From Takakia lepidozioides (lineage: Eukaryota; Plantae; Bryophyta): a DNA stretch of 64,000 bases. The translations under genes and the position numbers were made by a program. This document shows positions 37,801-49,253 of this stretch, in pieces. The notes beneath the pieces were generated by a model. The model had not been told where the DNA came from, ran no database searches, and saw nothing but the letters and a program-made list of their open reading frames with translations. Numbering within the stretch: position 1 is the stretch's first letter; every line of letters begins with the position of its first letter. The stretch is from positions 17,546,001-17,610,000 of the forward strand of contig CM060732.1 of the NCBI GenBank assembly GCA_030704615.1. Direction: 5' to 3'.

Positions 37801-38799
37801 ACCAGCTCATCCTCATGAACAACTGCAAACCCATCGTCATCTGCAGTGGCAGTCAGTTAAAGACTACCTGCATTGGAATGAAATCGAGCGAGTCTATCTC
37901 CCTCCCTGGACATGTTTTCCTAAACTGACCCAAAGTTGCGATCCACAAAGGGTCCCCCGAACTGATAGCCCGCAATTCCCGAAAGGGGATCCACCCCAAA
38001 CAAACTGAGGTGAATAAGGGTAGCACTGACCCAAAGACTGCGGGTGATGCATTCAACGGATGTAAGAATGACATGCACGACGAAAGTCTCCACCGAATTT
38101 CGCAGTCTGTCACACTGGGAGACACCAACCAAATAAACTGTTTTCAAAGACAAGAAGCCACAAGAAGCCGTGCTGTATTTGGATGAAAAGCAAACCCTGA
38201 ACAAGACATGGAACCATCCATTATGGAAAGACGGCAACGACCCTGAAGACCAGTAAACAGGAAACCCCGAATCTAATGAGGTTGTGTTGTGCCAGAAGAG
38301 CACATCACAAACAATGACACTCCGGGGGACACCTCGCACGAACGTGTACAACACATCACCATTGCCGACACAAACTTTTATACCGAATGACCGCATTGCG
38401 ACGGTGACGGCGAAATGCAAACCGATGGGTAGGCAGTACAACATACGTGGATGCATATGTGAAGCATCACAATTATTGCGAATCTGCAAGTACTGCTCGA
38501 AATTGAACTAACAATAGATTTTTACGGCATTTCGGAATTTGAAAGAATGCAAGAAGGCTGCCATGTATTGGCAGCCAGCGAAGTACATCTGACATATATC
38601 ACAAATACATGCAACGGCATTGGAAGTGCCACCACCTTTTTTTTTGGATAATAAAAAGACGCAGAAATGGATGAATTCCGTTCGTACACAATGATGACAC
38701 CTGCATCCAAATACGGTTAACAATGTCCAATTTTTATTTTGGTTACATGCCAAAGCAACCCTTGTTGCAAACGTCAAACTGGAGAGCTCTAGAGGCAGC

Positions 38800-41221
38800 G
38801 TGGGGAGCCCTTGTTTCCACCGGAGGAGGAAGAGAAGGAAGTCGTTATACTTTACGAGCACTAGGGACAGGAATAGAGCCAGACATAGAATGAGGATGGA
38901 AAGAGTAGACGGAGAGGAAAAAGAGGAAGAAGAGGGCAAAGAGGAAAGTTTGGCGATGGAAGAGGTGGATTCTGGAGAAGAACAACAGCCCGCCATACTT
39001 CCGAGAACAGGTGAGGAGGAGACTGCATCCGAGGGAGAGTCGGACGCCGAAGATGATGTTCATGCTGGATTCACGAAGAAGCAGATAGTGGAAAAGAGGA
39101 TGGGGGAGATGCTCCAGAACATGCTCGGCGTCGAGAGCAGTCCGAAGCACAAAGGGTCTCCGGCAATTGGGGAGTCTTCTGGAGAAGCTAAAAAAAAGGT
39201 ACAAGTGATGTCCACACATATTTGGAAGCTCAAACAGAGTGCGACAACGCACACTGTTTGAGACCCTGTCTTTGTGCTTCATTTTTCATGTGAAAATCGG
39301 TCAAGTTGGGCCTGTTTGTCTGGTTCAATCCACCACTGATTGGAATCTCAAACAGTGTGCGGCAACGCACACAATTTGAGACCCCATTTGTTCTTCTCTT
39401 TTGATATGAAAATCGCCCACATACGACATCTCTGTCTGGTTCAATCCACCCCTATTTGGAAGCTCAAACAGTGTGCGGCAACCCACACTGCTTGAGCCCC
39501 AACTTTGAGCTTGTTTTTTGATACAAAAATCGGCCACAAACGAGTCTGTCTCTGGTTCAATCCACCACTATTTGGAAGCTCAAACAGTGTGCGGCAACGC
39601 ACACTGTTTGAGCCCCCTTTTTTGCTTGTTTTTTGATGTGAAATTCGGGCACATAGGGCCACTCTGGCAGGTTGAATCCACCCCGATTTGGAAGCTCAAA
39701 CAGTGTGCGGCAACGCACACTGTTATGAGCCCCCTCTCCGCTTGTTTTTTGATATGAAATCGGGCCCCTAGGGCCACTCTAAAAGGTTGAATCCACCCCG
39801 AACTGGAAGCTCAAACAGTGTGCGGCAACGCACACTGTTTTGAGCCCCGTCTCTACTTTGTCTTTGATGTGAAAATTGGGCCTTTATGGCCACTCTGGCA
39901 GGTTGAATCCACCCCGAATTGGAAGCTCAAACAGTGTGCGGCAACGCACACTGTTTGAACCCCCTTACTTGCTTTGTTTTTAGATGTGCAAATCAGGCAC
40001 CTAGAACCACTCTGGCAGGTTGAATCCACCCCGGATTGGAAGCTCAAACAGTGTGCGGCAACGCACACTGTTTCGAGCCCCGTCTATGCTTGTTTTTTGA
40101 TGTGAAAATCGAGCCCCTAAGGCTACTCTGGCAGGTTGAAACCACCCCTTATTGGAAGCTCAAACAGTGTGCGCCAATGCACACTGTTTGAGCCCCCCTT
40201 TGTGACTCATTCTTGTTGTGAAAGTAGGCCACATAGGGCCACTCTGGCAAGTTGAATCCAACCCTTATTGGAAGCTCAAACAGTGTGCGGCAACGCACAC
40301 AGTCGTCTATGCTAGTTTTTTTTATGTGAAAATCGGGCCCCTAAGGCTACTCTGGCAGGTTGAATCCACCCCGAATTGGAAGCTCAAACAGTGTGCGGCA
40401 ACGCACACTATTTGAACCCCCCTTTCTGATTAATTTTTGTTGCTAAAATAGGCCAGATAGGGCCATTGTGGCAGGTTGAATCCAACCCTTATTGGAAGCT
40501 CAAACAGTGTACGGCAACGCACACTGTTTTGAGCCCCCTCTCTGCTTGTTTTTTGATGTGAAATTGGGACAAACAGGGCCAGTATGCATGCTCAATACAC
40601 CCATAATTGGAAGCACGAAGAGTGTGCGGCAACGCACACTGTTTATGCCCCCTTCTTGGCCCCCTCTCTGCCTTTTTTTATATTTGGTAATGTGCCACAT
40701 AGGGCCAAATGTCATGTTCAAAACACCCCTATTTGGAAGCTGAAACAGTGTGCGGCAACGCACACTGTTTTCGGCCCCCACACTGCTTGTTTTCTGATGA
40801 GAGATTTGGCCACACAGTGCCTGTCGGCCATGCTCAAAACACCATCTTTTCTTGGCTCTCTCTTATTATCTCTTATATCTCTTATTATCTCTTATCTCTT
40901 ATACTGTACAGGATACAAAGGATCGGGCAGATGCCCTTGACCAACTTCAAGACCATCCTTTCAGCAGAGACGTACAAGAAGTGTGAAAGCTCCAAGACAT
41001 CAGAGAAACGTGGTACTCGTTGACCCGTGAGGCTTTCATGGAGTATATGTACGCGGTGAGATACATCTTCCATCATCTGGCCTTTCGATATTTCTGCTTC
41101 CACATGTTTGTTTCTGTTTGTTTCCCTTGCCCTTGGGTTGATGCAACTCTCGTGCATTCCCTTGCAGCAAGACATTGCAGATGCAAGAGAGCGTGGCAAA
41201 CTGGAATACTACAGCTCTACC
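38800..41221 (+). pseudogene. 5' part of a second, divergently oriented spliced gene of the DNA element (acidic N-terminus)
   Basis: Acidic ORF 38800-39261 with donor AAG|GTAC at ~39199; pyrimidine tract and acceptor ACAG at ~40911; function unknown. Confidence 0.4.
39222..40775. repeat. 14-unit tandem array (~116-bp period), each unit with hairpin GCTCAAACAGTGTGCG-GCAA-CGCACACTGTTTGAGC
   Basis: Hairpins near 39229, 39346, 39462, 39578, 39693, 39809, 39925, 40042, 40158, 40274, 40382, 40498, 40613 and 40739. Confidence 0.95.
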
Positions 41222-42248
41222 TGTCGCGCGGCTTTTACTCACCCATCCCTTCGCTATCCGAGGCGGAAACTCCAAGATAGAAGAGTTGGAAATCTCTAAG
41301 TACTCAGCCCGCGCAGAACAATCAGTCATGACCTACAGCCAGTGTATCATGGGGGTGTTTCCTATTTGTTTCCCTTTTCGCATTCATCTTAGCTACCTTA
41401 CCATTGATAATTAAGTATCAGTTTGCTTCATCAATCTATCGGTTTCCTTCACTCATCCATTCAATCCACAGCTTCACTCAGATCTCTCTACACAGTGTGA
41501 TTGTATCGTATAAGTATCAGATTATGATTTATCAGGTATCAGGCCGAAGCCATTATGTCTCTAATCTGCTCTACAATATCACTACAGCTTTGCATATAAC
41601 AAGCATCTACTAATCCTCTTTCCTCCTTCATCGTGCTCACCGACTTCCGCTCCCGCCTGACTCCGAAGTCCTCCCCGAATAATGATAATAATGATCCCTT
41701 CATCATTCCCCGTTCTTCCCTTTATCCTCCTATCCGCGGTTCTAACCGTTTCCCTCTCTAACCGTCGTATGTGAACTAACATGTTCCCTTCACTGGTGTT
41801 GTTCCCCACAGTCGTTCCCTGTCCTACTCTTCGTTCCCTATTATCGTGAAAGCTGTGTCAAGCGGTGACTGGCTGTGTTTGGCTGTGTCGGGCTGTGACT
41901 GGCTGTGTGGCTGTGCCGGGCTGTGACTGGCTGTGTGGGCTGTGTCTGCTGTGACGACTGTGACGGGCTGTGTGGGCTGTGTGGGCTGTGACGACTGTGA
42001 CGGCTGTGTGGGCTGTGTCTGCTGTGACGACTGTGACGGCTGTGTGGGTTGTGTCTGCTGTGACGGCTGTGTGGGCTGTGACGACTGTGTGGGCTGTGAC
42101 TGCTGTGTCGGCTGTGTGGGCTATGTAACCCCCCTCTACAGTGCGCTGCTGTCACCCCTAAGGTTCCTGTTTGTCTCAGTCTGTGCAAAAATTAAGGGTA
42201 CCCTACAGATCCTGTATAAGTGTCTAAGTCCCCTACCGTCCTCTAACA
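41222..42248 (-). repeat. 3' LTR of copy D (PPT 42249-42266)
   Basis: TGTTAGAGG...CGACA on the minus strand, preceded by GAGGGAGGAAGGGGTAAA. Confidence 0.93.
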
Positions 42249-42434
42249 TTTACCCCTTCCTCCCTCAAAAAGCCGTGTCCTCACGGTTTACTGTTTCTGA
42301 GTAGCAACCCTTTGTGAGTGAGCACCTTGTTGACGTTGAGAGTTTCGTGGCGGGCTGTGTGTACGAGCCCGAGGTCTGTCTCTGGTTGACGGAGATGGTT
42401 GATCACTACCTGGATAAGTGAGGCCTTCTGGAGG

Positions 42435-45400
42435 CTATCGAGGTAATCTTTCCGGCATAGGAGATCCCCTTTGTTTCTTCTCTTCCATCTGAATTGCATA
42501 GTCTTCTCCCATGTCAAAAGAATTCTGTGAAGAAACAGTTGTATCAGAATCCTCATCGCCTCTCAGGTGTTTTAATTTTCGAACTTTTTGTGGAATCATC
42601 TTGGGCATACAATGCTGTCCTACCATGTCTGGAAGTTTGCATTTTACGACCTGGTGTAACCGTTGAACAGCAAAATTGGTGTAGACACTGAGCTCCTTGT
42701 CTGTCCAAATGAGTGGGGTACCAATTACTGGTGCAGCGTGCAAGTATTTCCATGCGATATGTCCCTTATAGAAAATGTCATCAAGTCCGAATTTCTGTGT
42801 TGACAAATTGTTGCAGGCAGCTTGAAACCATGAACGAATTTGAGAATCCTTCTGTATCATAACTTTTGGGTCATATAGGTACATATGAGGTGGCACTGAA
42901 GGTAATACCCAATGATCTCCACTGGAGTAACTTTGAAAGCGTGCTTGCATCTTTTGTTGCTCAATGTGGTAACGTATCAGAAAACAAGCAGCGTAGTATA
43001 GCCCGCACCCCATGACAATACTTGCTATTTCCTTGGTCTTGGTATAAATGAGTCCATGTACAACCTGGAAAGCAACCAATTCCCTCAACATGGTACCTGC
43101 CTCGTGCCAGTATTGTGCAAAGTGATGATCTTCAATATGTCGATTGTTTGGAAGAACTTTAGTCCTGGTTGCCACTGGCAGCCAAATACGCATGATTTGG
43201 TAGTAATGTGCGAATGACTGCGGAGGACTAAATTCTTTCCAAGCCAAATCCAACATGATGGGAATTTGGTTGAAGGGCATAATCATAGCCCTACTGTACT
43301 CCCTGGCAGCTGGAGTTTTAGGTGGGTTAAAAGCTGCATTGCCCCATACCTCCGGCTGTGGTGGCTGTGGTGTGGTTGTAGTAACCACAGGTTCAGCTAC
43401 TGGTACACAAACCTGTTGTGGTGGTGGTGGTACTGGTTCCTGTACCATTGGCATCTCCTGCACCTCCTGTGAAGACTGAAAAGCCAGAGTTCTGGATTGC
43501 AAATAAGAAGCCATTAGCTGTTCCTGAGGGATATAGACTCTTTGGTCGATGTTTGAAGTGAGGTCTTCCACTTGAGTCTGGAGTCCGTCTACATCCTCTT
43601 GTAACTCTGCTATCCTACTATAGACATTGTCTATAGTAGTTGTGGCAATGTTCTGCACCTGCAGTCTAAGCTCATTCATCTCGCTTTGGGTGAGCTTCCG
43701 TGGGGCTTTGCCTTCTACTGGCCCTTGTGCTAACCAGACCTGCATAAGGCTGTTATCCACCAAGCTGCTTGTGGTTCCCCTGAGAGTTTGCTCCTCTCTT
43801 AGCTTATACAATTCCAACTGCTGTTGTAAAGCCTTCATGCGCTTCGCCTGTGGCTCAACCAATTGCGCATAGGCAGCAAGTAGATTATTGGCTTCTCTCG
43901 AAGCCTTGTTACTGACCGCGATTTCATTTCTATTGGCCACGATGGTTTGTTGCAACTCCACGATGTATTTCTCTTGCTCAGCTTTCATCTGCCTGTATTG
44001 CTTGAAAGTATCTTCATTGCGACAGATTATATTCTTCATATCGACAATGAGCTTCATGTGCTCCACATTCTCTTCTTCTGCCTTCGTACATTTTTCCGCT
44101 TGATTGTTTATTTCTTTTGTTGATTGGTCAAGCATAGTTGTAAATGTAGCGCATTGTATCGCCATCCTGTTATGCACTGTCTGCAACTCCGTATGTAGTG
44201 CATTCAGTTCTTGCAACTTGCTTTCATGCTGCACCTGCATTTGGTATAGCTGTTGCTTATGTGCTTCGTGCAACTGGTCTTGCGCGAGGCCTGCCTCAAT
44301 CAATTGTTGCTTGGCCAATTGCAAAGCCATTTCTGTATTGGCCAAGTCCTGCTTCATCTTGAGAGTGACCTCTTCATCGACCTTGTTTGCACACTCAGTG
44401 GCAAGTCGAGCCTCAAACTCCTTCCTGAGTTCTTCTTTCAAGGCTGTCAATTGGGTAATTGGAACATGGGTTTTGACATAAGTCCCCAACAAATTAAGTG
44501 TCCTGCCTATGGAACTCATCAGCATTGCCTGTTGAGGGTCATCATGGTGAGGTTGCTGCTGTTCCTCCCGATCTTCAACAGTATGATGTCTCACTAACCA
44601 TTCAGACCATTGTCCCACCGGATTTTCTTCCTGAACTACTTCATTTATGACCGGTGCTACAGTGTCATGGCCTTCCGCCTGTGGTACCTCCGACACAGGT
44701 GTGTGCATTATATGTACCTCAGGATTTCTCTTGGGCAACTGTTGCACCTCAGTGATTTCTGTCTGCTTGACCAGACCAGAATATTCATAGAGAAGGTCCC
44801 CTTTCTCTATTTCCGCCACTATCTGTTCTGTAGTTGGAATATCTATCCCTTCTCTTTCCAAATCAATTATTTCGGGTTGAGCTGCATGGATAACTTGTGA
44901 CCTTGTGACAAGTCGTTCAAGTGGCTGTGTTGGTTGTGATGCAGAAGTAACTTCTTCCTCCCTCTCTGAAGGTCCTGCTTCCAGTAATAACATTCTTTTG
45001 TGCTGCTGTGCCCCTTCCTGGTCATGAGCTTGGGAAACATTATCATGCGGAATCCGTGAAGCCAGTGGATCTGCCACTACAGTCTTTCCCCTTCTCTGCC
45101 TCTTAGTCTCGGGTTGTGCTGCTAGTCCACCCTCACTGTGTGAAGAGCCTTGGTCTTCCATTGCAGTTGTTTCTGGCTCAAACACTCCCATTTCCTTCCT
45201 TTCTTGTGCATTAAGTATGCGAGAATCAAGGATTATTTGAGCAATGATTGGGCCAGACACTATGATAGGAGATTTTGCGGTAGTACCTTGTAATCTTTTC
45301 ATCTCCTCTACCAGTGCGTTGTACATTATGTCCGCCCATGGTACCTCTTGTCCCTTCAAGCCTTTGAGGATTTCCTCTGTGAAGGATCTGCTCAAATATT

Positions 45401-47183
45401 GTTGGTTCTGTTTCAGGGCAATCAGAACGTTCAATACTTGGCCTATGTCTTTTAACCCTGGGTACACAGCTTTGGTACAAGCATAACCCTGAGTTTTAAA
45501 GAAACTCCCTTCTTGGAATAAATCCCCTATTTGCAGTCTTTCCCTGTGTTCCTCCACATACACATGACCTGCTGGCAATCGAAACAATTGCTGGAGGTAT
45601 AGGGGAGTAATCATTAATTCAACTCCCTTCACCGTTGTTGTTCCTGTCTTTGGCTCAAAGTTCTGCAAAAATTGTAACATGTACTGTCTATGGTGTAGTG
45701 TCCAATCCATGCTTTGCAATCCTTCCAATCTCAGCTCCTTCAGTATCTTTATCGCATGTGGGGTAGCCATCGTTTGTTTCTGCAGAATTGTGGTGCTCTT
45801 CACCCTGATTTCCTCCATTCCTCTCACTCTCTTCATCTTAGACTCACAGAACTGCTTTGGCTGTAACAACTGCAGGAATGCCTGTAGTGCACAAAGCAGA
45901 AACGTATGGTTGCCGCAGAAAGCTATGGGTAATCTCTTGTAAGCCTGCGGGGCTTGCAAGCATTGTTCAAGAGAAAAGCTCTGCTCTTTCGTTTCGTGTC
46001 TCTGCCATTGCGTAAGTAATATTGCGAGCGTATAGTCTGTTAGTTCCTCCATAGTTTCCAAGTTATAGCATTTATGGCCTGTCCTGTCGAGACGCCCGTT
46101 ACTCAGAACGACGCCGCCTCTTGCGCTCAATTTCCCTCCATTTTCTTGATCATTTCTCTGGTTTTCTATTGGCTGTATCCGCTGTGACTGGATTTTAACT
46201 TTTATCTTCTTTAGTGGACTTTTCCTGTTGCATAGTCCACTAGGATCACACATGCGACATGAATTCAGTTTTTCTTTACTTGCCGTTCGTTCTGTTTCCA
46301 TTTTTCCGTATTCATTAATGGGCCCGCCTTTCATCCCTTTTGACGGCCGTTCTTGTCCTCTTTCCTTTTGACACCTGTCCTTGCACTTCATTCTCTGCTG
46401 TGTGTCGCACCCTGACCTCCACGTGTCTATTTTTAAATTAATTTCCGTTTCTTCTTCCTTCAGCCATTTTCCTGAAGTTTTTATGTGTCCACTTGTCACT
46501 GATTCTATGGATCGTGTAACTTTAGTAGGCTGTGTTGAGCTGTGACAAGCTGTGTCATACTGTGTTACGCTGTGATAGGCTGTGTTGCACTGTGGTAAGC
46601 TGTGATAGGCTGTGACACGCTGCGGTAGGTTGTGATAGGCTGTGTCACGTCGTGACGGGCTGTGATAGGCTGTGTCACGCCGTGATGGGCTGTGATAGGC
46701 TGTGTCACGTTTGTTTTGCCCACCCCGGTCATATATACTGGGCCTAGCGACAAGTGTTCCATACTCCGTTCGTAACACTGGTGCAGCCCGTGACTGCTCT
46801 TGCGGTTCAACATGCAAATCATGCTGCAGGGGTTTGTCATGGATACCACTGTACCCCTTCAACTTATTTGCATTGACTCTTCCCAGCATTTCTTTGTTAA
46901 TGGTTTGTAACATGGCTGTGTTGTTATCATACATCTTTTGTATGACATAAGGTCCTTTCCATGGTGATTTAAGCTTAGAAGCTTGAATCTTTCCTTTCTT
47001 CTGCAACCATAGAACCAAATCCCCCGTCTTAAAAGTCTTTAACTTGCCTTCATCAAACTGTTCCTTTCTCTTCATCTGAATTCTGGTCATATTATCAGCT
47101 GCATCAGCACGTATTTCTTCCACATGGTATAATTCATGTTTCCTGACTTTGATGGAGTCTTGCAATTCCATTCTTTTCCCCAC
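42435..47183 (-). CDS. Integrase C-terminus fused in frame to repeat linker and ~1300-aa extra ORF
   Basis: Single 1582-aa ORF: WKGPYVI...DTAYHSPSRR repeats...QAPQAYKRLP...coiled coil. Confidence 0.88.
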   Translation of the reverse strand: MGKRMELQDSIKVRKHELYHVEEIRADAADNMTRIQMKRKEQFDEGKLKTFKTGDLVLWLQKKGKIQASKLKSPWKGPYVIQKMYDNNTAMLQTINKEMLGRVNANKLKGYSGIHDKPLQHDLHVEPQEQSRAAPVLRTEYGTLVARPSIYDRGGQNKRDTAYHSPSRRDTAYHSPSRRDTAYHNLPQRVTAYHSLPQCNTAYHSVTQYDTACHSSTQPTKVTRSIESVTSGHIKTSGKWLKEEETEINLKIDTWRSGCDTQQRMKCKDRCQKERGQERPSKGMKGGPINEYGKMETERTASKEKLNSCRMCDPSGLCNRKSPLKKIKVKIQSQRIQPIENQRNDQENGGKLSARGGVVLSNGRLDRTGHKCYNLETMEELTDYTLAILLTQWQRHETKEQSFSLEQCLQAPQAYKRLPIAFCGNHTFLLCALQAFLQLLQPKQFCESKMKRVRGMEEIRVKSTTILQKQTMATPHAIKILKELRLEGLQSMDWTLHHRQYMLQFLQNFEPKTGTTTVKGVELMITPLYLQQLFRLPAGHVYVEEHRERLQIGDLFQEGSFFKTQGYACTKAVYPGLKDIGQVLNVLIALKQNQQYLSRSFTEEILKGLKGQEVPWADIMYNALVEEMKRLQGTTAKSPIIVSGPIIAQIILDSRILNAQERKEMGVFEPETTAMEDQGSSHSEGGLAAQPETKRQRRGKTVVADPLASRIPHDNVSQAHDQEGAQQHKRMLLLEAGPSEREEEVTSASQPTQPLERLVTRSQVIHAAQPEIIDLEREGIDIPTTEQIVAEIEKGDLLYEYSGLVKQTEITEVQQLPKRNPEVHIMHTPVSEVPQAEGHDTVAPVINEVVQEENPVGQWSEWLVRHHTVEDREEQQQPHHDDPQQAMLMSSIGRTLNLLGTYVKTHVPITQLTALKEELRKEFEARLATECANKVDEEVTLKMKQDLANTEMALQLAKQQLIEAGLAQDQLHEAHKQQLYQMQVQHESKLQELNALHTELQTVHNRMAIQCATFTTMLDQSTKEINNQAEKCTKAEEENVEHMKLIVDMKNIICRNEDTFKQYRQMKAEQEKYIVELQQTIVANRNEIAVSNKASREANNLLAAYAQLVEPQAKRMKALQQQLELYKLREEQTLRGTTSSLVDNSLMQVWLAQGPVEGKAPRKLTQSEMNELRLQVQNIATTTIDNVYSRIAELQEDVDGLQTQVEDLTSNIDQRVYIPQEQLMASYLQSRTLAFQSSQEVQEMPMVQEPVPPPPQQVCVPVAEPVVTTTTPQPPQPEVWGNAAFNPPKTPAAREYSRAMIMPFNQIPIMLDLAWKEFSPPQSFAHYYQIMRIWLPVATRTKVLPNNRHIEDHHFAQYWHEAGTMLRELVAFQVVHGLIYTKTKEIASIVMGCGLYYAACFLIRYHIEQQKMQARFQSYSSGDHWVLPSVPPHMYLYDPKVMIQKDSQIRSWFQAACNNLSTQKFGLDDIFYKGHIAWKYLHAAPVIGTPLIWTDKELSVYTNFAVQRLHQVVKCKLPDMVGQHCMPKMIPQKVRKLKHLRGDEDSDTTVSSQNSFDMGEDYAIQMEEKKQRGSPMPERLPR

Positions 47184-49253
47184 TCCGTTCTCATGGTAGG
47201 TAACAGGAATTCCACTGGAAGTAAGGCTTCCATACCATAAACTAATTGGAATGGTGTATACTTTGTGGTGACTTTATACGAAGTCCTGTATGACCATAAA
47301 GCTGTCAGCAGCTTTGTATCCCAATCCGTTCTGTTTGCATTGACTATCTTAGCCAAGATAGTACATAGTATTTTGTTGGTAGCCTCTGCCTGTCCATTAC
47401 CCTGTGGGTAATATGTTGTACTCTTTCTATGCACAATCATAAACTCTTTAGTCAATAACTCAATGGTCTCATTCATGAAGTGACTTCCTTGATCACTGAT
47501 AAATTCTAAGGGACATCCAAATCGTGTAAGTATGTTCTCGTACAGGAACCTTGCTGTGGACTTGGCTGTGTTGTCCCTCAAAGCTTTAGCTTCCACCCAC
47601 TTTGTAGTATAATCAGTGGCTGTAATTATGTACCTGTTTCGTGTATTCTTGGATGGTGGATTAATTGGTCCAACAAAGTCTAGTCCCCATTTCTGAAATG
47701 GTTCCGTAGGCATTGTAGGATGCAAGGCCATTCTTCCAGATCTCTGCAAAGGTCCTAGCCTCTGACATTCATCACACTTATGACAATACTCATGTACATC
47801 TTTGAACAAAGTAGGCCACCAGTATCCTGCGAGTAGTATCTTTCTACTGGTAGTCTCTTCTCCAAAATGACCTCCAGCCACTCCTTTATGAACTTCCTCC
47901 AAGACTTTATTTACTTCATGGTGGTACAAGCATCGTTTTAGTACCCCATCTGGTCCTAACTTATACATTCTGCTTCCTACCATAGTATAAGGTAAAGCTT
48001 TGATAGCGATTCTCTTCCTCTGCTCCTTACCATAACTAGGTGGGCACTGACCATGAGCAAGGTAGTATCTGATTGGCCACTGCCAATCTAACCATTCATC
48101 TGCACTTCCTTGCACCTCCATTACAAATAAACTCGCATCAGGTAACTGATCGTCCACTCCTGTGGCGGCCTCTCCTGTTGTTAGTCGTGACAAATGATCT
48201 GCCACAAGATGCAAACGGCCAGGCTTGTAAATAACCTCGAACTCAAACTCATGCAAGATTATTAACCACCTCGCTATCCTTCCACTTATCAAAGGTTTGT
48301 TCACCAGATATATCAGAGCCTGGTGATCCACATAAAACATAAACTTTCTTCCCAATAGGTAATGCCTGAATTTCTTCACTGCATAGATCATTGCCAATGC
48401 TTCTCTTTCCGTTGTGCTATAGTTCCTCTCAGCACTGTTCATCAACCGGCTAGCATAATACACAGGTGAATCTATATTCCCTGTAACATTCTGGGCTAAC
48501 ACCGCTCCCAACGCTTCTCCTGATGCATCGCAGTGAACATGAAATACTACATGCCAGTGAGGGTTAATCAGCACAGGTGTAGTTGTTACTGACAGTGTAA
48601 GTTCCTCAAACGCCTGTTGACATTCAGCTGTCCATGCAAACACTGCATCTTTCTTCAGAAGCTTGCTCAATGGTGCTGCTATTTGTGCATACCTTTTGAC
48701 AAATCTTCTGTAATAACTGGTTTGCCCAAGGAATCTCCTTAAACTCTTAACATTCACTGGTGGTGGAGAGACTTTAATGGACTCTGTCTTCCTGGGATCC
48801 ACAAGGAGTCCCTTCTTACACACAATGTGTCCCAGAAGCACCCCTGAGTTCACACAGAAAGTACACTTCTCTGGGTTCAAGCCCAGACCTCTCATCCTGC
48901 ATCTGGCCAGGCATAACTCCAATTTATGCAAGTGCTCACTCTTAGAGCTGTACACACTGAAATCATCCAAGAATACCTGCATGAAATCATCCAGATACTC
49001 ATGAAAAGATTCACTTATCACTCTCTGAAAGGTCGCTGGTGCATTACAAAGTCCAAAGGGCATGACTTTGTATGCATAAGCCCCCCAGTCTGTGATGAAA
49101 GCTGTTTTCCCTTGGTCTTCTTCTGCCACTTGCACTTGATTATAACCACTGAAGCCATCCATGAATGAGTACATCTCATGGCCTGCCACAGTGTCTAATA
49201 CTGCTTCTGTGAATGGCAAAGGGAAAGGATCTTTCTTCGTACAAGCATTCAGC
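47087..49253 (-). CDS. pol: Pol: RT, RNase H, integrase core (frameshift near 47175)
   Basis: FMDGFSGYNQ, MPFGLCNAP, FLDD, HCDAS, TEREAL, GGHFG..CDEC, WGLDFVGP, SDQGSHF. Confidence 0.96.

Larger units (their letters stand above)
33928..41221. mobile_element. Mutator-like DNA element fragment 3 (terminus, transposase, divergent second gene, hairpin array)
   Basis: Terminus CAGCGTAGCTACGGCGTGAGCCCAGCCCCGTGAGCCTG; transposase motifs; interrupted by the LTR at 41222. Confidence 0.85.
41222..49253 (-). mobile_element. Ty3/gypsy family 1, copy D (RT-RH-INT-linker-extra ORF-PPT-3' LTR; gag and 5' LTR absent)
   Basis: ORFs 47087-49219 and 42435-47183; cut inside RT (LNACTKKDPFPLP) by the terminus at 49254. 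Confidence 0.95.

Noticed and set aside
39222-40775. CRISPR array (36-bp palindromic repeat with spacers)
   Set aside because: The ~80-bp intervening segments are homologous to each other (GTGAAA..GGCCACTCTGGCAGGTTGAATCCACCCC), there are no cas genes and the context is eukaryotic. It is a tandem repeat.
40912-41221. Homology of these exons (QDHPFSRDVQ, RERGKL) to the copy 1 upstream region (KDNLFARELQ, RERGKL), which would put transposase and MTase gene on one fragment
   Set aside because: The matches are very short and fall in different frames; cannot be supported without alignment to intact copies.
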